Assembly (NCBI GenBank): GCA_029269845.2 | Contig: CP149973.1 | Span: 1,860,001-1,892,000 of the forward strand | Direction: 5' to 3' | Origin: Opitutia bacterium KCR 482 | Lineage (GTDB): Bacteria > Verrucomicrobiota > Verrucomicrobiia > Opitutales > Intestinicryptomonadaceae | Length of the DNA stretch: 32,000 bases | Part shown: positions 18,311-25,940 of the stretch, one piece after another | Numbering within the stretch: position 1 is the stretch's first letter | How the letters are laid out: each line of letters begins with the position of its first letter | Notes under the pieces: generated by a model | Databases searched by the model: none | Seen by the model: the letters and a program-made list of their open reading frames with translations, nothing else | What the model was told of the DNA's origin: nothing | Made by a program: the position numbers and the translations under genes

Positions 18311-18358
18311 ATTCACGATGCCGAAAAAATATCTATTCACGATGCCGAAAAAATATCT
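18311..18358 (+). repeat. perfect 24-bp tandem duplication spanning a start codon
   Basis: ATTCACGATGCCGAAAAAATATCT occurs at 18311-18334 and again at 18335-18358. This produces two in-frame ATGs (18318 and 18342), giving FTMPKKYL twice. Confidence 0.95.
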
Positions 18359-20378
18359 ATATGCCGTTTTGCTGACGCTTGCCGCCGCTGCGGCGTCCGC
18401 CAAACCGTTTATGTCGCTGCGCCACGGCAGCCCGACCGACAGGGAGATGATGGACATTATTTTGCAGTGCTCCGACAAGTCGGGCACTCCGTGGGACGAA
18501 ATGTGGTTTTACATAAACCCGTTTCTGAAAACGGCGAACATCGTCGAAAAATGCAATATGATAAACGCCTACCGCGACGAATGCCAAAAGCGCGGAATAG
18601 ATTTTTCGTTTCAGGTTATCGCGCTCGGGCACCCGTCGGGCGGCGGCGCGGCGGGCAGCGCAATTAGCGGAATGCTCTCCGACGCCGAATACGGCGAGAC
18701 CCTCGCTTCGACCGGCGAAATCAATTTCGAAAAGGGCGACTTGATTATAGACGAAAACGGCAACTGCCAGTACCGCCTTTGCCCGAATTCGGAGCGCGCG
18801 CGGCAGTTCAACCGCGGGCGCACAAAATTGTTCGTAGAACAGCTGCGCCCGAAGTCGTATTGGGTTGACGACGACCTCCGCTTTTCGGGCGGCGACTCGG
18901 AGCTGTTTACCTGCTTTTGCGAGACTTGCCTTAAAAAGTTTTCCGAATTTGCGGGGCAAAAATATACGCGGGAGGAAATCGTCGGGCGCATTTCAAAGTC
19001 GGTCGGCACGTGGGAGCCGCTTAGGGAGAAGTGGGTGGAATTTTGCGGAAAGTCGCTTGGAGAATTTTGCCGCGAGGCGTACCGCAAGCCCGTCGACGAG
19101 CTTATGCCCGAATGTTTCCTCGGCTTTCAGAATATCCATTCGCGCTACAAGCACAACGGGCTTACGAGCGGGGGGATTTTGAAAGGGCTCGCAGGCTCGA
19201 AAAGCGTCGGAATCCGACCGGGGGCGGGGTACTACGAAGAGGGGAATTCGCGGCTTTTGGTCTCCAAAATATTCGACGTCGCGCGCGAGGCCGAGGACTG
19301 CCGCAAAATGAAGTTCGTATCGCGCATAACGTACGAGGCGGAGAACTATCCGCGCATATCCATTCTCAAATCTCCCGAAGCGATGATGGCGGAATGCGCC
19401 CTCGCGCTTGCGGCTGGTTGCGACTCCCTTTCGCTCTACTGGTATTTCGGAAAGAATTTCGATTCTATTGAAAGCTACGAGCAGTTTGCGCAGACATGCG
19501 CGGAGTGGAAACCGTATCTGAAAAAAGTCGCCAAGGCGTCGAAAAATACGCGTCTTGGCGGAATCGCGAGGCCGCTTGGCGCGCACGCGGTGGCGTCGCC
19601 GAAACTATCGCCGAGCGACGTATTCCCCGCCGACTGGTGGACGGAGGACTCCATGTACAACATGATGCTCACGGGTTTTCCCGTGTGCCCCGAAAACGCC
19701 AAGCCCGACATTGTGTTCCTTACGGGCAGGGCGGTCGAAACTTTCGACGATTCGGAGCTTGAAGCTCTGTTGAAGAAAAACCTCATAATAAACCACGACG
19801 CCCTTGCGCCGCTTGCCAAGCGCGGGATAAATCTGGGCGTGAGGGCGCTGCCGAAAGCCGGCGGAACGGAGTTTGTGGACGGAAGAACCTACTGGTTTTT
19901 CGGCGGCGTCCCGCTCGAAGTCGAGTCTGCCGACGCGGAAATTCTTGCGGGCTTCCAGTCGGGCGGGAAGATGCGCGCGGGCCTGTGCGTTGTGAAAACG
20001 CCGCAGGGGGCGTCCGCGCTTGTCGTGGGCGGCTACGGGTTTGCGAGAAATCCGACGCATTTCAAGCGCAAGGCAATGCTCGACGGCATAGACAAAATCG
20101 CGCCGCTTTCGGTGCGGCTCGACACCACATGGCGCGCCGCGGTTTATCCTCGCGTAGACAAAAAGGGCAGGGTGTGCGCGGCGACGATTATGAACCTTTC
20201 GGAGGGCAAGTCGCTTCCGCTGAAACTGCGGATTCGCAATCCAAAATCGCGGACGCCCAAATGGGAAACCCCGCGCGGCGCGTTCGAACCGGAATGCGAG
20301 TACAACGCCGATTCACGCGAGCTTAAAATAACCGTCCCGCCTCTCGAAGCGTGGAAAGTCGGGACTTTAATTTTCTAA
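18342..20378 (+). CDS. secreted hypothetical protein, possibly carbohydrate-active (function unassigned)
   Basis: It has a signal peptide (MPKKYLYAVLLTLAAAAASA). The alternative start at 18318 adds 8 aa; the ORF-track TTG at 18264 is unlikely. A Cys cluster (RLCPNS...FTCFCETCLKKF) is loosely reminiscent of the GH42 Zn-site region. It is transcribed divergently from the LacI regulator. Confidence 0.6.
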   Translation: MPKKYLYAVLLTLAAAAASAKPFMSLRHGSPTDREMMDIILQCSDKSGTPWDEMWFYINPFLKTANIVEKCNMINAYRDECQKRGIDFSFQVIALGHPSGGGAAGSAISGMLSDAEYGETLASTGEINFEKGDLIIDENGNCQYRLCPNSERARQFNRGRTKLFVEQLRPKSYWVDDDLRFSGGDSELFTCFCETCLKKFSEFAGQKYTREEIVGRISKSVGTWEPLREKWVEFCGKSLGEFCREAYRKPVDELMPECFLGFQNIHSRYKHNGLTSGGILKGLAGSKSVGIRPGAGYYEEGNSRLLVSKIFDVAREAEDCRKMKFVSRITYEAENYPRISILKSPEAMMAECALALAAGCDSLSLYWYFGKNFDSIESYEQFAQTCAEWKPYLKKVAKASKNTRLGGIARPLGAHAVASPKLSPSDVFPADWWTEDSMYNMMLTGFPVCPENAKPDIVFLTGRAVETFDDSELEALLKKNLIINHDALAPLAKRGINLGVRALPKAGGTEFVDGRTYWFFGGVPLEVESADAEILAGFQSGGKMRAGLCVVKTPQGASALVVGGYGFARNPTHFKRKAMLDGIDKIAPLSVRLDTTWRAAVYPRVDKKGRVCAATIMNLSEGKSLPLKLRIRNPKSRTPKWETPRGAFEPECEYNADSRELKITVPPLEAWKVGTLIF

Positions 20379-20431
20379 ACTGCGGGATTTTTTTAGGGAA
20401 GAAATTGCAACATCAACAAACCATATAAAAC

Positions 20432-21966
20432 ATGAATAATATACTGAAAATATCATTGTGCTTGCTGTCGGCTACCGCCGCCGCAAACGCCGACGAATTT
20501 GTCGGCAAGCCGGAAAGCGTAGGCAGGACTTGGCTCTCAAACCTAAACAACACAAAGGAAGCCGTTTTGGTTTCCACGCCTTCCGAGACTACGGGAGCTT
20601 TTTATGCGGGAAACGGGCAAACCATGAAAAAAATGACGGTTGTCGACAGGTCGTCGGGCAGCGACGAAGTCGGCGACGCCAACATCGCGTTCGATTTCAC
20701 GTTGGACGCAAATTCCGTCGACGCCGCGCAAGTACTCTCGGTAAAGAACTTGACTCTCAAATCTTCGAATGCAGTCGTAACAAACACGGCGTCTTCGTCC
20801 GTGCTTGTGTCTCTCGACATCAACAAGCTTGTTCTCGACGGCGAAAATTGGGGGAGCGGCGGCTACCAGACTCAGAAGCTTACCTTCAAAAACGTCAATG
20901 CAAAAGTGAACACCGCCGACACCACGCAAATCGGAATTACCGCTGGCACGTCTTCCTCTATTACGATTGATTCTGGCGCGAATGTCGAGTGGAATGGCAA
21001 TATCCATGCGGGAAAGCGGAATACCGAGTTCGTGTCAAACTCAGGTTTGTTCGTCAACGGCACGCTTTCCATGAACGGCAGCATTGCCGTCTACGGATAC
21101 GCGTCGGTCGGCGAGGGCGGAGTGTTGAACATGAACGGAAACAATTTGTCGATTACGGGCACTGTCGACATTTGGGGAACTGTAAACTTCGGCTCGCCGA
21201 AAAATTCCGACAGCAGAATCTACAATTACGGCGCGCTTAACATCAACAGTGCAAATCCCGCGTCGCAGCTCGTTTTTTACAATATAGATTCGCAGTACGG
21301 CGGCTCGGTGAATCAGGCGGTAGCAACGGGCGCGAATACCGGCATAAGGATCAAGGGGGTAGCCCAAATCTACAACGGCTCGAATTGGACGGTTAACGAA
21401 AAGCTGGAGCTTCAAGGCAGCGACGCCTCGAACATCGCGCAACTGAACCTTCGCGAAAACGGCGCGGCGGTAAGGTTTGTCGTTGGCGACGGGCAGACTG
21501 CGCGCTTTGCTCTTTTGGGAAATTCGCGCGCAACAATAAATGCGGTAGACTCTATTTCGACGAAAGACGGCGGCGCGGTCAAGCTTCTCGTTGAAGGCGA
21601 CAACAACAGTCTGGTTTTGGGGCGGCGCAGTCGTTCTCCGAAATGGAATTGAACGGAAATCTCGAACTAACCCTTTCCGCCGGCGCGCAACTCTTCCTCA
21701 CGGGCGAAACCGCGCCGACGCTTTCCATAGCCGACGGGAAATTGTTTACCATATATAATTTTATGGAAGAAACCATTTATGTCGGCGAAAATTTTGACTA
21801 CGCCGTTCTCCTCAAAATAAAGGCATACAATTCGTCGATGGAGCTTTTGCAAATCGGCGTAAAGGACGGTTTTCTGACTTCGTCGATACCCGAACCCGCC
21901 GAATGGGCGGCGGTTTTCGGGGCGTTCGCGCTCGGCTTTGCCGCGTACCGCAGACGCAGGCAGTAG
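20432..21966 (+). pseudogene. PEP-CTERM-anchored surface protein with beta-helix-like repeats, split by a 1-nt frameshift near 21619-21622
   Basis: ORF 20432..21652 carries the signal peptide MNNILKISLCLLSATAAANA. ORF 21643..21966 ends in the PEP-CTERM sorting signal IPEPAEWAAVFGAFALGFAAYRRRRQ. The second frame is open from 21595. One extra G in the TTTTGGGG run would give a continuous ...SLVLGAAQSFSEMELNGN... Confidence 0.7.
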
Positions 21967-21980
21967 GCAATTTCAGCCGC

Positions 21981-22016
21981 GACGGCAAGCGGGTCTGCCG
22001 CTTGCCGTCTTGTTTT
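21981..22016 (+). terminator. rho-independent terminator
   Basis: A perfect 12-bp stem, GACGGCAAGCGG (21981-21992) / CCGCTTGCCGTC (21998-22009), has loop GTCTG and is followed by TTGTTTT. Confidence 0.8.
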
Positions 22017-22035
22017 CAATGCCTTGCTTTGTGTG

Positions 22036-23184
22036 ATGTATAAATATTTTATAAAAACCGCTATTTTAGCCGTCGCGGGAGTTTCGGCGGCATTTGCTTC
22101 GACGTCCGACGCGGCGGACATTTCAAAACTCGACAAAAATTTCGTTTCGGAAAAAGTCGAAGGTCTTGACGTTGTCTATCGCAACGCGCTCGAATCCCCG
22201 TTTGTCTTGGAGGGCTTCCCGTGGCGTTCGAAAGACGCGTCGGGCGGCGCTTTGTACAGGCTGCCGCGCGCGCTTGCGGCGGGAGACGTCGGAAGCGGAG
22301 TCTTGGAGCTTGCAAAGCACACGGCGGGGGGCGTCGTGCGCTTCCGCACCGATTCGCGGCATATCGTGCTTCGCGCCGAAATACAAAGGCTCAATCCCAA
22401 CCTCGGGCACATGCCCGCCGCCGGCTCGTCGGGCTTCGACGTTTTCCGCAACCGCACTGTCCACATCAAAACAATCAACCCCGCAAATTGGGAAAGCAGG
22501 ATTCCGTCGTCTCTCGTAGCCGTTGTGTGCAAGTCTGCCCCAGCCGAAATGTGCGACTACACAATTTACCTGCCGCTTTACAACGGACTGCGCTCGCTCG
22601 AAATAGGGCTTGTCCCGAACGCGAAAATCGAAACGCCTACTCCGCACAAAATCGGGAAACCCATTCTCTTCTACGGTTCGTCGATAACGCAGGGCGGGTG
22701 CGCTTCCAGAACTTCAAACGCATACGCCGCAATGCTCTGCCGCGAACTCGACGCTCCCATGATAAACCTCGGATTTTCGGGGAACGCAAAGGGCGAACCG
22801 AAAATCGCCGAGCTTATCGCCTCCCTCGACCTTTCCGCGTTCGTCTACGATTACGACTACAACGCCCCCAGCGTCGGACATCTGAAAAACACCCATGAAC
22901 CGTTCTTCAAACTAATCAGAAAAGCCCGCCCGAACCTGCCTATTGTCATACTCGGCAGAATCACAAACGCCGAACCCGAACGCGAAAAAATTGTGCGGAA
23001 GACCTATGAGAACGCGCTGGAATCGGGCGACAAAAAAGTTTGGTATGTGGACGGCCAAAAACTTTTAAGCGGCGCGGACATTTCCTACCTTACCGTTGAC
23101 AACTGCCACCCTAACGACTTGGGCTTCTTTCTTATGTTTAAAAACAGCCTGCCCGTTTTGAAACGCGCGCTGAACGCGCGGTAG
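22036..23184 (+). CDS. SGNH/GDSL-family hydrolase with an N-terminal beta-sandwich-like domain
   Basis: It has a signal peptide (MYKYFIKTAILAVAGVSAAFA), SGNH block I (FYGSSITQGG) and block V (DNCHPND). I prefer the ATG at 22036 over the TTG at 22024. Confidence 0.8.
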   Translation: MYKYFIKTAILAVAGVSAAFASTSDAADISKLDKNFVSEKVEGLDVVYRNALESPFVLEGFPWRSKDASGGALYRLPRALAAGDVGSGVLELAKHTAGGVVRFRTDSRHIVLRAEIQRLNPNLGHMPAAGSSGFDVFRNRTVHIKTINPANWESRIPSSLVAVVCKSAPAEMCDYTIYLPLYNGLRSLEIGLVPNAKIETPTPHKIGKPILFYGSSITQGGCASRTSNAYAAMLCRELDAPMINLGFSGNAKGEPKIAELIASLDLSAFVYDYDYNAPSVGHLKNTHEPFFKLIRKARPNLPIVILGRITNAEPEREKIVRKTYENALESGDKKVWYVDGQKLLSGADISYLTVDNCHPNDLGFFLMFKNSLPVLKRALNAR

Positions 23185-23315
23185 ACGCCCGCCCGCGGCG
23201 GCGCGGCATTGAGCAACCTCTGCCGGTTCGGGCGCATTGCGGTCTATTTGAGAAAGTCGGCGGTTGCGTCTACAATTTTTTCCCCGATGTGTTTCGCGTT
23301 TTCGGGCGTTGCTTT

Positions 23316-23705
23316 TCATTTGCCCGAAATGTTTGTGTAGGGAATTTCGAGCGACGCCACAAACCCGACCGACGGCAGCCTTTTCGCCCAAAACTTGAAG
23401 TTTGCGTGGTCTTTCAGCCTGTTCCGCATAGTGCCGTATTTTACGATGTCGTCAGGGTTCAGCTGCGGGCGGTCGGGGCTTTTAGCAAGCTCGTTCGAGA
23501 GCGACGCCATGAATTTTTCGAGATTTCTGTTCGCCTTTTCGGATTGCGGCGCGGTGAAAAACAGCCTGTCGTTTATGTCTTTCGGGTTGCGCTTCGAAAT
23601 GTACGGGCAGTGTATGTCGAGCGCGTAGCGTAGCTTGCCGCGCCCCATTCGGGCAGCGTCTGCTTTATCGCGCGGACGTGTTCCCTGCGTAGTGTCGGAA
23701 ACGCG
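23316..23705 (-). pseudogene. 5'-truncated gene fragment, possibly the C-terminal half of an M14-like zinc carboxypeptidase
   Basis: ORF 23316..23648. Its frame stays open upstream to 23763, but GC-rich sequence stops at about 23705. ALDIHCPY and ASLEIPY resemble the second Zn-His region and the catalytic-Glu region of M14 enzymes. No HxxE-bearing N-terminal half is present. Confidence 0.4.
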
Positions 23706-23797
23706 ATAAAATTCAGTAATGGAGTGGCATAGATTAGAGGCAAATTTTACGTATCTGCTCTTTCAATGTAGTGTAATTGAACGCAGGCAAATAAAAA

Positions 23798-23833
23798 CGC
23801 GGGGTCATACTAAAATGATTCCGCGCTTTTTTT
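23798..23833 (+). terminator. terminator-like hairpin in an AT-rich spacer
   Basis: The stem is CGCGGGGTCAT (23798-23808) / ATGATTCCGCG (23815-23825), with two G-U pairs only when read as plus-strand RNA. It is followed by CTTTTTTT and preceded by AAAAA. No plus-strand gene lies immediately upstream. Confidence 0.45.
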
Positions 23834-24269
23834 CAAAATGGGGTGGTATTTTGTGCTCAAATTCCAAAATTCTCTATCTTATGTAATTTTTTTATATGTA
23901 ATCTGATCCTCTTTATTTAACATCCGTGATGTAGAAAATGTAGAAATTATGAGATGTATTTGAATCAAGCGATAAAAGAAATTGTTTTTGCCATGAGAGT
24001 TTGGCGACCACGTAAATATAACACAATTCAGAGTAGTTCGTGATAAAGTTTATTTGTATGGTAGTGCAAACAGAGTCAAAACTCAAGAACCCAATTGATA
24101 AATCAACATCCTAGTTCAGATTACTAAATATTGGAAATGGATTTCTGATCGTGCGATATGGATTATTCGACCTTTCTTGCAGTTATACATGCAAAAACAT
24201 TTTATATTATATTGATTTTCTAGGTTGAAAAGTCACACAACGCTGACGCGCCAATTAGTTGTTATTTTG

Positions 24270-25940
24270 TTATGATTTTCTAATGATTGTTATTGGCATA
24301 TTGGACAAAAGTGTTTCATTTTCATGAGATAATGTTGGGATGTATATTGCTAAATTGTTTTTGGCTCGACTAATTGCAACATAATAGACTCTTTGTTCAT
24401 CTTTGTTTTCATCCAAATTTGGTGCAGTCAAAAATTTTATATCTTTTTCCTCCCCCAAAACAACCATAACGTTTTTGAACTCATCGCCTTTTGCTCTATG
24501 AATTGTTTTATCTCGTATCATCGATATATCAGGAGGCATTATGCACAACGCAAACTCTGAATAAGTATGATTTGAATAAAATGTTTTAGCCGCGCCATTT
24601 CGAAGACCTGTAACACTTATCCCCAAATCATTTTTCAAGTATAAGATAAAATAATCTAAACTTTGAGTCTTATATGTGGGATAATCTTTAATGAGTTTGC
24701 GTATTAGCTCAATTTGTATGCGAGAATCATCGGCTATCTTTTTTATGGATTTCAACGAATCGTTAATTGCACACATCAAGCCATATTCTATTGCACAAAC
24801 GCAATTATGTAATATCTGTACGCGATTCCAGTTGCTATCAGGAATCGAATTAAGTAGATTTTCATTCTTCGGTATTTCTCCTAACTGTTTTCTCAGTGCA
24901 TTGGATGTAAGTTTTGCATAAGATAATGTTATGATGTCGCCATTACAACGTTTCTTGAATTCATTGTAACACAAAACAACATCACCAATATATAGAATTG
25001 GCTTGTCTGAATGGTGCCTGTCTATGGAATATTGTTTCAAATCGGGACGGATAATATTCAAAAGAGAAATTATTTCTTCACTACACCGCCTATTCCCTTT
25101 GATCTCATACAGTTGCATTCCCACAAGTGAAAATTTATCAAACAAATTTGGATCTGTCCCTGCAAACCCGTAGATTGCTTGTGCTTTATCGCCAATAACT
25201 CCAATAACAGAATGGGATGCAGATGCTATCTTATTTAATATTTCAACTTGGATTGGGGTAGAGTCTTGAAATTCATCTACGAATATATATGGATACTTTA
25301 CACTAATGATATGTACAATAAATGGATAATTTTCCATCAATCTGTATGCAAAATACAAAACGTCATCATAGTGCATAACGCCATGTTCCCAAGTATATTT
25401 CTTATATTCATCGTAAAATGATTGGGATATTGTATAGTCTGAAAGTTTTATAGGATATTGGGGTTTGAATTTTAAGTTTCCATCTACAAATTTCCAAGAG
25501 GAGGAGAATAATGCTTTTTTTAATGCATTATCATCTTTATAGAATTTTTTGTTGATTCTTTCCTTTATTTTATACAGTGTACCTCCGTCTGTCATCATTG
25601 TGTCGTCAACGACCTTGAGCTTTTCTATTGCGAAGCCCTCTGCCTCTGCAATGAAATGGAAATATGGCTTGATTATATTATCATACAGGAAACTATGAAT
25701 TGTACAGACATCAACTCTTTCTGCGCAATCCGGTAAGCGATGACGTATGGTTTCTACACCGACATTGGTATAGGTGATACAGGCTATTTTCTTAATCTTG
25801 CCAAGACGTTTAGACTTTGCCAGCACATTTTTTATATGTTGGATTAACCAATAAGTTTTTCCTGCACCAGGTCCCGCTTTTACCAAAAAATTTTGTTCTG
25901 TATCTATCAGTGTATCTGATTTTATTGCTGAAACAGCCAT
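24270..25940 (-). CDS. gajB: UvrD/PcrA/Rep-like SF1 helicase (GajB-like)
   Basis: 556 aa. Motifs: I AGPGAGKT, II IFVDEFQDS, III IGDKAQAIYGFAG, IV NRRCSEEI, V TIHRAKGDEF, VI YYVAISRAKNNL. Its start overlaps the upstream OLD-family gene by 19 nt. Confidence 0.85.
   Translation of the reverse strand: MAVSAIKSDTLIDTEQNFLVKAGPGAGKTYWLIQHIKNVLAKSKRLGKIKKIACITYTNVGVETIRHRLPDCAERVDVCTIHSFLYDNIIKPYFHFIAEAEGFAIEKLKVVDDTMMTDGGTLYKIKERINKKFYKDDNALKKALFSSSWKFVDGNLKFKPQYPIKLSDYTISQSFYDEYKKYTWEHGVMHYDDVLYFAYRLMENYPFIVHIISVKYPYIFVDEFQDSTPIQVEILNKIASASHSVIGVIGDKAQAIYGFAGTDPNLFDKFSLVGMQLYEIKGNRRCSEEIISLLNIIRPDLKQYSIDRHHSDKPILYIGDVVLCYNEFKKRCNGDIITLSYAKLTSNALRKQLGEIPKNENLLNSIPDSNWNRVQILHNCVCAIEYGLMCAINDSLKSIKKIADDSRIQIELIRKLIKDYPTYKTQSLDYFILYLKNDLGISVTGLRNGAAKTFYSNHTYSEFALCIMPPDISMIRDKTIHRAKGDEFKNVMVVLGEEKDIKFLTAPNLDENKDEQRVYYVAISRAKNNLAIYIPTLSHENETLLSNMPITIIRKS

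Noticed and set aside
23289-23633. 114-aa plus-strand ORF antisense to the M14-like fragment
   Set aside because: It is a shadow ORF on the opposite strand of a region that has recognizable minus-strand motifs. It has no motifs of its own and no plausible start context.
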